NCBI RefSeq assembly: GCF_000143415.4
Contig: NW_003314324.1
Location: 1,067,379-1,131,378 of the forward strand
Reading direction: 5' to 3'
From: Selaginella moellendorffii
Lineage: Eukaryota; Plantae; Lycopodiophyta
DNA length: 64,000 bases
In this document: in pieces, positions 49,578-61,492 of the stretch
Layout of the letters: every line of letters starts with the position of its first letter
How positions within the stretch are numbered: position 1 is the first letter of the stretch
Notes under the pieces: model-generated
Databases searched by the model: none
Seen by the model: only the letters and a program-made list of their open reading frames with translations
What the model was told of the DNA's origin: nothing
Position numbers and translations under genes: made by a program

Positions 49578-50244
49578 CACTGCAAAGCAAAGAAGTGAAG
49601 TGTGAGCTGCTAAGAACACACTACTTGAGTACAAGGTGTGCTTGTGTTGGGCACAAGCTCGGGGCTTTTAAGCAAGGTGGTCTCTATAGTGTTTCCCGCA
49701 GCATGAAGAACGTGGGTGCAAGCGACAGATATCATCCACAGGGACCAAGCTTACAGAATCAGAACGCTGTAATGTAAGACAGCTGCTTCTTCAGCTGTTT
49801 GGTGGGATGTCAACTAGATACGGACACTTCATCCGGTCTCATCGATAGGCCTTGGATTCCTTCTCGCCAGATTACTTTCAATACCCAGTTCGCGTCAAGG
49901 ACCTGAAACTTATCTTCAGCATGGTGCTTTGTTGTTCTTCTGCCTCCTCAAGCATGAAGAGCCTGGGTCCAAACGAGAGAGGTCATCCACAGGGACCAAG
50001 CTTAAAAGCCAAAATGAAAACAGATAACAAGCAATACAATATACAGGATAGGCCCCTCTTGTATATTTTGGCAGGATGTCACGGTCAGTTTGGTTATTCC
50101 TCCAGAAAAAAACGTGCAGAGAATAAGGGTTAAAATATTATAAAGAAATCATTTCAATAGTTTGGACTTTTTTTAGGTTTTTATGCAGCATAAAAAAGTA
50201 AGTATGCAATATAAAAAACTAATTGCTACACGTTGCATGTAGCA

Positions 50245-50750
50245 ATGCTTGGTTTGCTTAATAGTAGTGTTATTATTACTTATTAATCCAATTGATCAAA
50301 TAATGTTTATAATTATAAGCATGTTTGTAATTTATAAACACAAGATTAATCTTATTTCATATCAATAATTAGATGATAGAATAAAAAATAATATACTAGA
50401 AAAGGTTTAAGAAAGTTTATAAATTATAAATACAAGATTAATCTAAATGAATAACAACCATTAGATAATAGAATATTCTAGAATATCTAAGTATATTCTA
50501 AATATATTCACTACCATCCTTGTTTCTAAATGATTAAAATCCTAGAATATCCAAGCATATTTTAAGTATATCCATTACTATCCCAAATACCACAACATAA
50601 TTACCCTTCCATAATCACTCCTTTATGCAATAAAGTAATCTAATTTATGAGGAACAAAAGAAATTCCGAAAACGATTTGTCCAACCTAAAAAGTAGTAAT
50701 TGGTTTGATTAATAAATATGAATAATACTACTATTAAGCAAACCAAACGT
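50245..50750. mobile_element. MITE-like element, about 500 bp, AT-rich
   Basis: Imperfect TIR of about 45 bp: ttggtttgcttaatagtagt(g/a)ttatt at about 50249 and its reverse complement ending at about 50746. No clear TSD. Confidence 0.65.
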
Positions 50751-50819
50751 AATTATTAGTGTTTATATATATATATAGCCCCATCCAAATCCTAACTAGT
50801 AGAATATTTATTTTAATCT

Positions 50820-51178
50820 ATAAACTCCGAGCCGTGAGCCTGGGACTGCTGGTTAGCGGCAGCATCGGGCTCACATTCTCGAGCATCTCCGAGGCACTGT
50901 CACTGGCCGGAATGTTCTTTCTCTTCGCGGGCATCACGGTGTTCATCTACTTTCTGGTCAAAGGAAAAAGTTTGGAAGAGATCTCTGGGGATCGCCAGAG
51001 TTTGTGGAGCTTTCTTCATCCACGGCGGTGACGGCTCTCAAGTATGAGGACGTGGGAAGTGCTCACCAGCACTTGGAAGTGGATGGGAGCCATGAAGAAA
51101 GCGGGGGCATGTTGGGCAGCAACGAATGTATGATGAAGAATCTGACAAGAAGTTGCTAGCTTGCAAAACAGGGTGATT
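50820..51178 (+). pseudogene. Decayed copy of the PLT 3' end (source about 47128-47608)
   Basis: Direct nucleotide similarity with multiple small deletions. Confidence 0.9.
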
Positions 51179-52269
51179 TTAATTCCTATGCCCAGTTAAG
51201 TTTACATTAAAACTCGTGCTACACATAAATGAAATATTTTCTTGGATCCAAAGTTTTGACAATTCCCAACTGGAACACGCATCTCGAAAAGTCAAGCGGG
51301 ATGACTTTGAGAAACATCGATCCTGATCGTGCCAATGCGACTGGCCTCGGTTTCTGCAAGGGGATGGAGCTAGATCCACAAACTTTCAACCGAAGCATTG
51401 TAAAGCTCAGGGGGAGAGATTTTGATCCATGGACGAATTTCAGGGTCAAGACAGCTCCAGAAGCAGCAGGATTCGACATGTCCCAGCGAGTCGTCTTTGC
51501 GAGTAGGCCACGCAGAAACCTTTGCCTTCTTGGAGTTGACAACTCCTCAAGCAGCAATTCCATTACCTCGTCAGTCGACTTGATGACCACCACGACACGT
51601 GTCGACGTTCTGGGATCTTTCATGTCTCACGTCAAGAATTCTTACATTCAAGTGCAGAACTCGGCCCTGGATCTCAATCATCCAGCGTCGGATTTCTGGG
51701 TGGCAGCAGTAGCTCTTCCCAGTGCCTTCATAGCCGTCGTGGCAGCACTTTCATCAATCTCCAGCTCAGGCTCTTCACGAACTTGACGAATTTCCGGCGA
51801 TGGAAGACATTGATGCTTTGTGTGAGCATCTCGGTTGCATCTTACTCTGCTGTGATTGCCGTCACCCCTGCCGAGCTTCAGAGGGAGAGGAAATTTGCGA
51901 CCTGGGGGCTGCTGGTAGACCAAGTTCCAATCACAAAGCGAGGGGTTGAAGTTCTCGTTGTTGTCAAGGGCGAGTCGGTCTATAAATCCAGCAGCCTCAT
52001 ACTTGCATGGTGCTCCACTGCAATCTTTGTTCCAGTGGTCGCGTGCATCACATTCTTTAGATGCAAGCAAGTTTTTTACAGGAGGCTCCGGAAGAACGAA
52101 TCCTTGATCTTGAAGCAATAGAAATGAACGCAGTGGAGCAGCGGCGGCCGGAGAGGGAGCATAGAGAGTTGACTTATTTAAAATAAAACATTTTAACAAT
52201 TTTTATAAGAAAGCTACTAAAAATCCTCGTTCGCAACCTTGGATTATCTAGGTATATCCATTGGTTTTT

Positions 52270-52850
52270 CTAAAAAAAATTCCTTTGGAAAAACCATTAG
52301 TATGGACATAGTCTTTATACACAAAGTTTTCTTCCAGGAACGCTGTCCCTGCACTAGCCATTACAAGGCCTGCAACTATAAGCTTGAGAATGATCTCCTG
52401 AGGAATTCCTGTAGCAACAGTAAACACCACTGTGGCCGTTTGTGTTGTGTTCTTACAGATGCTCGATCGATACCAACAGCACACACTGAATTGCTCCTCG
52501 TGTAGGAACGCATTCAAAGCTTTCAAGGTCGCTGGGAGAGTTCTCATTGGATCAATGGCAGGCAATCACTTTACCTATTTCTTGGACAGAACAGTCGATG
52601 GACAGAACAGTCGATGGTAAAGGCTGGGTTTTGCTAGTTCCAGCGGCCCACTTCGGCTCACCATTGCCATGCTTGCGAAGCCAGTAGAACAAACCTGTCT
52701 GCTTGAGTGTGAGTAAACGTAATCTGCGAATACTTGGTGTTGGTGTCTCCTCCTGTTGCCAAAAACTTCTTCTCTTGGCCTTGAAGAACTATCATGTCGC
52801 CATCGTAAACTTTGTTGGAAGTCCAGTGTTCGTGCCATCGTGGTACCAAA
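52270..52850 (-). pseudogene. PAO: Pheophorbide a oxygenase 3' fragment with an internal inversion
   Basis: On -: WHEHWTSNKVYDGDMIVLQGQEK..TQADRFVL, QPLPSTVLS and ENFVYKDYVH. On +: MLDRYQQHTLNCSSCR. Confidence 0.85.
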
Positions 52851-52922
52851 GAGAGAGTTAAAAAAGATCTAAGAATGACATGGAACTTGCCTGCCCCCAA
52901 GCAGGGCCGGGCATGAGAAACG

Positions 52923-54554
52923 CTGATCTTTTCATGGAACGAGTTAGGAGCAATAGCGATTCGTCTCTGTTTTGTCCGAACAAGGCTCCTGGATTGGCTG
53001 ACTGCTGGGGTGAAGAGTTTGAAAGCTTGTACACAAGATATGTCAGTCTCCTTCTAATTCTTTTACGAGCTTAATTTTTTGCAGTGTTTATCAGGGGAGA
53101 GCTAAATGTTCCTTATCAGCTGGTTTGCAATTTTGGAATCTCAGATGGAAACTGGCAATCCGTACATGGTTTTTAAGGTGTGAAGTCAAGGAGTGTCTTC
53201 TTATTTCTAACGCTTTTTTCCGTTTCAGGATACTTGCAACACGAAGAGCAAAATCTGGGGACTATCAAGTGCTCAAATCTCTGCACTGAGATTGTGGAAT
53301 ATACCAGTCCCTCTGAGACAGCCGTGTGTAACCTTGCATCCATTGCGTTACCTCGGTTTGTTCGTGAACAAGGAATAAACTCGGAAACGAAACTGGTCGG
53401 TAGCAAAGGATGCAAAAATAGAGTTTTTGATTTCCACAAACTGGCTGAGGTAACACAGCTTTCATGATTCTCTAACATCAACTTGGAGATTGTTTCCAGG
53501 TGACAACAGTAGTGACTGAAAACGTAAACAAGATTATTGACATCAACTACTACCAGTTGACACAGCAAAGCGCTCAAATCTTCGACATCGTCCAATTGGG
53601 ATTGGTGTCCAAGGATTAGCTGACGCATTTATTCTCCTTGGGCTCCCATTCGACTCCGAAGAGGTACAAAGTTTTTTTCTTGTGGCCGTCTTACGTTTTC
53701 TCTTTTACAGGCTCGTGATCTGAACAAAGACATTTTTGAGACGATCTATTATCATGCCATGAAAACGTCAAGCATTCTGGCAGAATTATATGGAGTTTAT
53801 GAAACATATCCTGGAAGTCCAGTCAGTAAGGTTCGGGTAGTGAGTATTATCTTTTTCTGTATCAATGCTTTGTCTTTCCAGGGAGTCTTTCAACCAGATA
53901 TGTGGAACGTTATACCGTCTGGTCGTTGGGATTGGGCAGCCTTGAAGGAAATGGTCGCCCGCCATGGAGTACGCAATTCCTTGCTTGTTGCTCCAATGCC
54001 GACAGCATCAACAAGCCAAATTCTTGGAAACAACGAGTGTTTTGAGTCTTACATCCAATATTTACACTCGACGCGCTCTAAGGTATGCCTTCTTTCTGTA
54101 TCAGCTGTGATACTTATGTTGCCTGCTACAGTGGTGAATTTGTTGTGGTTAACAAGCATCTGCTGAACGATTTGACCGATTTGGGAATATGGACACCGGA
54201 TCTGAATATACAGGTTGGTTTGTGCATACATTGACCAAAGCCAAAGCCTGAACATTCATATGGAGCAGCCCACAACGACCAAATTGACTTCACTATTTCT
54301 ATGCCTGTCCTCAACAAAATTAACTTCAGGGCCTAAAGACTGGTATGTATTATCTACGATCGCAAGCTGCTGCGGACGCTATCAAGTTCACTGTCGATAC
54401 GGCCTCATTAAAGGTAGGATTCTATTTTCTACGGTTTTAATCTAGCCATCTCTTCTGTACCAGAGTCCTACAAAGTCAACCGACAGAAGAGCTATTAGCG
54501 CAGATGGTTTTCTCACTCGAGAATCGTGAGAACTGCTTAGCGTGTGGTAGCTAG
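52923..54554 (+). pseudogene. Partial RNR1 duplicate (3' half, introns retained), frameshifted
   Basis: Near-identical to 43404-45270 apart from indels, e.g. aactactaccagtt versus aactactacccagtt, and deletions near 53040, 54205 and 54295. Confidence 0.95.
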
Positions 54555-54997
54555 GTACTTGGTTAGAATGCGTTTTACGCTACGTGGGCCAGCAGAGCTC
54601 TAACTTAGTGCTCAGTAATCTACACTCGAAGGCCTGTATATGATATTTGAGGTAAGAAATCCTGTTCCGAACTTCTGGGATCCGTTTTGGGTGTGAGCGT
54701 TGACGCCAGTTACAGGTGACTAGAAAGAAGAACCTGATGCGTTTATCCTTATAAAATTGTCCTCTTTGGGGTTTTAATCGCTCTATTTCACGCAGCGTAG
54801 CTCAGCGGTCATCGTCTTCAGCCACTCTGAGTATACTTATGCTTTCAATTTTCGTTTCTCATCTAGTCTCTTAAGCAGTGACGAAGATGCGATTACTGGA
54901 TCTCTCGGCCGTAAGGTACGCCCAATGACTGATAGTAGGACATAGATCTGTCTGGTTATTTTCTCCGTGGAGAGTTTAGATCTCTCTCACAGAAAGA

Positions 54998-55767
54998 TGG
55001 AAGGCTTGAGCAGAAGCGAGCCTTCAGATTCAAGGGGGTTTACACAGGATGGTGAACGATGGCTCGAAGCAGACAAGCACGTATCAGCTGTTGTCGACTA
55101 GCACAGAAGCAGGGAAGCATTTTTATCGATACGTTGTTTGGTAAGGGCGCCAAACAGAGAATTGGCATCTCTGAATTCTGTGCTACTTGGATATGGTATG
55201 CGTTTTGTTTCTTTACTTAGCATTGAGTTTTAACTTTCTGTCTTCCAGACATTGGTATCATGAGCGGAGCGGTCTTGTTCATAAAGGAGGATCTGAAAAT
55301 TCATGAGCTACAGGAAGAGGTTCCGGTAGGCTCGCTAAACTTGATATCTTTAGTCGATGGAGTTTTAGCAGGCAGGCTTTCGGACTCCATTGGCCGAAAG
55401 AAAACAATGGCAATAGCTTCTGTCATATTCTTTCTCGGAGCAGGGGTGATGGGGCTGACTCCAAATTTTGGTATCTTGCTGGGTGGCCGTATAGTGGCAG
55501 GGATAGGAGTAGGATTTGGGCTTATGATAGCACCAGTCTACACTGCAGAGTTGGCACCAGCAGCAAGCAGGGGTGCTTTGGTTTCGTTTCCAGAGACTTT
55601 TATCAACTTGGGAATACTGCTGGGATACATTGTCAGTTACTTGCTGTCGGGATGAGACTGATGCTCGGGGCAGGATGCATCCCAGCAATCGTTCTGGCCG
55701 TTGGTGTTCTTTTCATGCCAGAATCACCAAGGAGGAAGTGGTCCTTTTCAAGACCTCGAGAAGCAAC
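54998..55767 (+). pseudogene. Partial PLT duplicate (5' half), frameshifted and truncated
   Basis: Copy of 45751-46570, contiguous with the RNR1 copy through the shared intergenic region. Confidence 0.93.
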
Positions 55768-55769
55768 CA

Positions 55770-57147
55770 AGAAGTGAAGAGAAAATGAGTTACAATTCAC
55801 ATGTCAATCATGCTCTATATGCAAGCTATTCCTGACTGATTGGTGCGTGATTCCTGGAGACCTGAGCAAACCAACAACTGCTACCTTCCACACGCCCTCC
55901 TTGATCTACTTCATGTATTCCAAGTTTTCTCCTGAGGTGGAAAAACTGTGCCTCATCCAATGCCTTCGTAAAGATGTCTGCTATTTGCTGCCTTGTTGGA
56001 ATATACTCCAGGGTCTGTTTTTTCTTGACTTGGCCACAAACAAAATGATTTTGAATCTCTATATGCTTTGTCCACCCATGAATCACGATGGCAATGCAGC
56101 TTCTGCTATCTGTAAAAAGTGGAGTGGCATCCTTTTGCTCATGTCCAAGTTCCTGTAGCATAAGCCTTAGCCATACTATCTCCTATGTTGCTGCTGAAGC
56201 TGCTACATACTCTGCTTCTGCACTGGAAAGAGCCACCACACTTTGTTTTTTACTCAGCTAGTTCACTGCTTCCCCAGAAAGTAAACATCATACTCCAGAT
56301 GTTGATTGCCTAGTATCCACATCGCCTGCCTAATCTGCATCCAAGTATGCAACGAGTTTGAGTGTAGAGCTAAACCAAACTGCTTAGTCCCTTTGAGATA
56401 TCTCAATACTCATTTGGCTGCCTTCATGTGTTTCTCTGCCGGACAAGAGGTGTAGCGATTGAGTACTCCAACTGCAAAAGCAATGTCAAGCCATGTGCAA
56501 GTGGAGATGTATAAAAGGCTGCCAACAAGTTTCTAGTATGGTCTAATATCTTGAAGTACCTCAAGCACAAAAGATTGAGAGTTTTGTACTAAAGACTATT
56601 GGTGTTGGAGCCGACTTGCACTCTGTTATGCTGTGTTCATGAAGTATCTTATCAACTTGTGCACACTGTGTGATTGCAATGCAGAAATGATTTGGGCTTT
56701 GATGAACTTCCTTACCAAGGATTTTTTGGACCTTCCCAAGATCTGTCATCCTATACCACTACATCAAAATTTGCTTAACCTTTTTAAGGTACTCTTCTCC
56801 ATTGCTAACAGGTAAACAATCATTGACATACACTGCTATGACCAAAAAATCTATTCCTTCTTGCTTCTAATAAAGGTTTCCATATGAGTTGAGCTTTTGG
56901 AAACCTTCTCCTGCAAGAAATTATCCAAGCACTTATACCACTCCTTTGATGCCTATTTTAGCCCATAGATGGATTTTCTTAGCTCCCAAACAAAGTCAAG
57001 ACTTGTTTCAAAACCTTCTAGTTTATGCATGAAGATCTCCTTGTTCAAAGTGGCATTTAGAAAAGCTATCTTGATGTTTATATGATGAACATGTAAACCA
57101 AACTTAGCAGCAAAAGCTTTTAGTGTCCTCAAACTTGTCACCTTCAC
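55770..57147 (-). mobile_element. Degenerate Ty1/copia RT-RNase H remnant with PPT and LTR stub
   Basis: IKIAFLN..EIFM..ELRKSIYGLK, MTDLG, SSAEAEY, TKHIEI, QIADIFTKAL, with many stops. Purine tract aaggagggcg precedes TG at about 55892. Confidence 0.85.
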
Positions 57148-57760
57148 TGTAGTGCATGTGGTTTTCATTTTTTATCTTATGATGATTTATTATAGGATAA
57201 CTATGAAGTGGAACTTAAACTTTTCATATATCACATATCACATGCCACATGCCACATATTATATATTGAAGGATAACAAAGTAGAACCAAAATTTCAAAG
57301 CCTTAAGCCATTAAATGAAGGAACAAAACCAAAATCCCAAGCATAAAGCTTAGAAGCAAAAGTACTGAAGTATGCATTGACTCTTGAATGTAAAGCTTAA
57401 GGAGTGAAGGGACAAGAGTATGGAGTGATTTAGAACAATCCTAGAGCATCTAACATCCTAATATTAAGATTAGCATGCAATATGGAGCTAAATAGAGTTT
57501 GGCATTATTTCAACATACCGATGGCTTAACACAAGGATATGGTACTCCACTAGCTAGCATAGTGTGGAACTTCAACTTAGACTTAAGCCAAATATAGAAC
57601 AAGGACAAATATGAAATAATAGCTAGACTATATCTCAGATTGGTTAGCTATACCCAACCTACCCACCATCCCTACTATACATTTAGAACCCTCCATAGCC
57701 CCCCTCCCCCCTTGAGGAATGCACACTTTGGGCTTGTACTTTTAGCTAAGCCCATAGGCC
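57148..57760 (+). mobile_element. LTR-like repeat family A, AT-degraded copy abutting the copia RT
   Basis: Starts TGTAGTGCATGTGG and is colinear with 61493-62200. Confidence 0.75.
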
Positions 57761-58049
57761 TGACTACTAATCCCACTATCCTTTAGGACTTCCTCACCAT
57801 ATGACTGTATCCTTAGTCACTACACCAGAGGATTGCTCCTTTTCTATTCCACAATCTAGGATTTTAAGACAACATTTCAGAACACTATAGCCCTACATGA
57901 GCACCCCACCTTCCACCTTTAGGTGCTCTAGCCATGGGCTAGAGCGAGGTTTCGTTGAGCCACACCAGGTATCTAAGTAGGTAATGCCACCCATGTTTGG
58001 ACTAGGAACATCGACCATTTGATCTCCCAAAGGAACTAGAGCTAGCTCT

Positions 58050-58930
58050 TGAACACTTCACCAAGCTACCCCACTGTCGCGCATGTGACTTCGGGTATCG
58101 AAAGATACTTGTCGGCTAGTACTTACGGACTCTCTCTCCTTACTGCCACGACGGCAGGAGGTCAGTACTGCTGGTTCCCTTTATGGTCTCCGCCCAAGCT
58201 AGTTGAGAAACTGGTCAGCACATGTGCACTTAGATCGGAAGGGCACTAAGGAAGGAAATCCTAAGTTGTCATTAAGTCAAGCATACTTGACACGGTGATG
58301 AGAAACTCATGATGTTGACTTGCACTTGCTAGTGTTGGGAACCCCCGCGATATTGAGACTAGTCCCTCAATATTCGCTAGATGATAGCTTACCGTGTTTG
58401 CCAAACACCCTCGCTATCACGCCCTTTGTGTTAGTCTCGTTTCGGTCCCAAATGCTATTTATGGAAAGTGTCTAGATTCGCTCATTTGGCATATCTACGG
58501 AATGTTGAGGTCGGCCTGAACACAATGGTGTTCGTCCCATGTCCAAATTCGCAATCTAAGGCCATTCCATATTTAGTAAGTTTTGAGCTTGTCCCAGAGA
58601 CTAACTCCTGGTACTAAGGGTGGCTTGGGGTGAAAGCCCAAAGCGTGTGTCCCTCAAGGGGGGGGGGCTGTGGGGGGTTCCAAATGTATAGTAGGGATAG
58701 TGGTTGGAATGCATGTCCGACCACCTGAGACATTAGTTTGGCTCCCGCTGGGCTGTGTCGCTCCTTGTTCTGCGTCCGGCTTGGGTCTAAGCCCAAGCTC
58801 CACGCTGCTCTAGTCGGTGGAGTACCCTCCTTCTCGCGTTAGGCCACCGGTATGCCAAAATTGTGCCAGACTCCGTCTGACACCATTTTGCGTGCAGGTG
58901 CTGGATACGGGGAGCTGGTGCTCGTGGGAT
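58050..58930 (-). mobile_element. LTR-like repeat family A, inverted copy
   Basis: The reverse complement aligns by eye with about 61790-62780. Confidence 0.75.
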
Positions 58931-59469
58931 TGTACCGGACCCTCGTTTCGTAGCGCAACGGGCTTGGAGTTCGGCTCCAAATTCAGGTGCGCTACACCCA
59001 CTGGTAAGTCTGTATTCACTCTAGCCTTGGACTCCTTAATGGATATATCATCACCCAACACGTGGGCATAACCTTCCCTGGGTCACACTGGCCTTTCTTG
59101 GCCAAACTAGTTCCACTAAGATCTAACCCCCACACTCTCCCTACTATACTTTTGGAACCCTCTATAGCCCCCCTACCACCCGGGGGACAATTACTTTGGG
59201 AAGGCCCAAGGCCCTAGGAAGGGCAAGGACCAATGAGCTGTAAGGTACTTGAATTTCCTTGGGTGGCCCCTCCAACACCATTCGAGTCCATGCTCACTCC
59301 CACCCAAGGCCCCTCAACCCTAGTCTTAACCTCAAGTCAATTTGGAAGCACTACTGAAGAGTTCCTTCAAGATTAGTTCCTAAACCTCACTATCCCTACT
59401 ATATTTTTGGAACCCCCTATAGCCCCCCCCGGGAGACATACACTTTGGGCTTTCACTCCACAACTTGTA

Positions 59470-59705
59470 TTAGTATTCAGACTCAATCTTAGACTTGATC
59501 TCGGACCCGACCTTGAACTTAGTCTTAGACTTGGTCTCGAACCTAATTTCAGATATCAGATTCAGTCTCAATCTCGGTCTTAGACTCGGTCTTGGACTTG
59601 GTCTTGAACTCGGTCTTAGAGTCAATCTCAAACTCAATTTCGGACTCGGTCTCGAACTTGGTCTCAAAGTCAGTCTTGGACTTGATCTTGAACTTAGTCT
59701 CACCA
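59470..59705. repeat. Degenerate 6/12-bp periodic minisatellite
   Basis: gactcggtcttg / aacttggtctcg-type units. Confidence 0.8.
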
Positions 59706-59941
59706 ATAACCTCCTTATCATTTTGGTTATGCTTTCGGGGATGCTTTAGCATTGGGGAGTTGGTTCCTTATAGTTCCTTATTTGGTTTAAAAGAGCGTGA
59801 TAGTTTAAATAACTCTAACTACCTGTTTATAATAATCTATCTAAACCTTACCGACGGGTTTGGTTTCTTTGCTCATGAGGGTTGGGACCTCTAACTTCTC
59901 ACTATGTCCCTGTAGGGGTATATCACACTTTTGTAAGCTAG

Positions 59942-60521
59942 TGTAAGCAACCAAAGGGAACAATTCGAGAGATAATCTATGAGGTTCAAATATAAAGGGA
60001 AAGGGCCCATGAATAAGAGTGCACCCCCTTTTCCAATCGGTTAAGGGTCTTGGGATATTTGGGGTTAAGCGTCCTTGCTGGGCTGGGTGACCTCCCAGGA
60101 ACTCAAAGTTCATGAGTTTACATTTGGTATCAAAAGGGTCTCGAGTCCGACTCTATTGGTTGGCTAAAAGAATCACACCACATATTGATTGACATTTGGT
60201 TGGTTCAATTTGCTCCCGCTAAGCTTGACCCAAGGGGTAGGGTGTCAAGAGAGTAGGGCTCTTGAGAGAGTTGTGGCTCTTAGCTTCTATTCACGAGGGC
60301 ATGAACTTGTAGGGAAGTGTGGTGGATTGTAAACAACTAAAGGGAACCACTTGAGAGACGATCTATGGAGTTCAAATATAGAGGAAAAGGGCCCATGAAT
60401 AAAAGTGCACCCTCTTTTCCAATTAGTTCAGGGTCTTGGGATATTTGAGGTTAAGTGTCCTTGGGTTTAAATCGTATTGGGCTAGGTGACCTCTTGGGAA
60501 CTCCAAATTCATGAGTTTACA
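59942..60521 (+). mobile_element. Structurally complete TRIM, Cassandra-type (5S rRNA-derived LTR segment)
   Basis: TG..CA LTRs at 59942-60122 and 60328-60521, PBS TGGTATCA at 60125, purine-rich tract at 60311-60326, perfect 5-bp TSD GCTAG, 5S-like A/C boxes. Confidence 0.9.
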
Positions 60522-60879
60522 GCTAGATGCCACATAGAGCAGCAAGGGTGGTTAACTTCGTTAGTTATTTCCTTGTCAGTGATAGTTAGAAGGTGTCTAA
60601 ATTATAGTGCATTTACGTTAAACAGAGAGGTTACTTTAACTCATTTAAGTTAGCACATTTTTCACAAAATGTGAACATCATGAATTTTTTTTGGAGTTGT
60701 TTCCTTGGCAGGGTTATAAACTAAAGTATGCATTGACAAAGACGTCAATCTTCCCTAAGGGGGGGGAGAGTGTCATAAATATGACTGTGGGTATCAAAAG
60801 TTATTTGTCAGTTAGTCCTTTTAAATATTCTTTCTTTACTACCATAAGAGCAAGAGGTCGATATTGCTAGATCTTTTAT

Positions 60880-61290
60880 TAGTCTCCAATATTGCAAGGG
60901 TTCCCAACATTAGCAAGTGCAAGCCAACATATAAAGTTTTCATACTGGGCTAAGTATACTCAGCAAGAAAAACATAAAAGTTTCTACTTTATATTTATTC
61001 ATCATAAGTACATATATGATGATCAATTTCTTAACTAGCTTGGGTGAGCTTGGTCCCTCAATATTTGCCAAATAATAGCTTACTATATTTGCTAAACACC
61101 CTTGCTATCATATATCTTATATTAATTCCATTCAATACCAATTGCTATTTATAGAAAGTGTCTAGATTTACTAATTTATCATATTTATGGAATGCAGAAA
61201 TTATCCTAAACAAAATGATGTTGGTCCCATATCTAAATTTAGTGCCATTCTATATTTAGTAAGTTTTAAGTTAGTCCCAAAGATTAATTA
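60880..61290 (-). mobile_element. LTR-like repeat family A, AT-degraded partial copy
   Basis: Colinear with parts of 58320-58610. Confidence 0.7.
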
Positions 61291-61492
61291 CTAAAGTTTG
61301 ACCTAGTGGCAGTGTTGGCGAATACGACCATGAACAGAAAGGGGCTTAGTGGGGACTAAAAAAGGGATATTGGGGAAGGTTATTCCCCATGTTTATAAGC
61401 ATCCTAAGGATGCTAAGGAGTGGATCTAGGATTATCACTCATGGATAGATGGCCCAGTCTTTGAGAGACGGGACTGTGATGTAGGTGGTGTT

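Noticed and set aside
48108-49598. 496-aa and 327-aa + strand ORFs opposite CYP74
   Set aside because: Antisense shadows caused by GC3-rich codon usage; no recognisable motifs.
45751-52850. Metabolic gene cluster (transporter, CYP74, PAO)
   Set aside because: PAO is only a broken fragment and the genes share no pathway.
59470-59752. Low-complexity ORFs in several frames
   Set aside because: Translation of a periodic minisatellite inside TE debris.
60450-60504. 5S rRNA gene
   Set aside because: Only the internal promoter part is similar and it lies inside an LTR.
60730-60790. Gypsy-like PPT (aagggggggagag) followed by TGTCA
   Set aside because: No partner LTR or coding remnant could be delimited, so it is too fragmentary to call.
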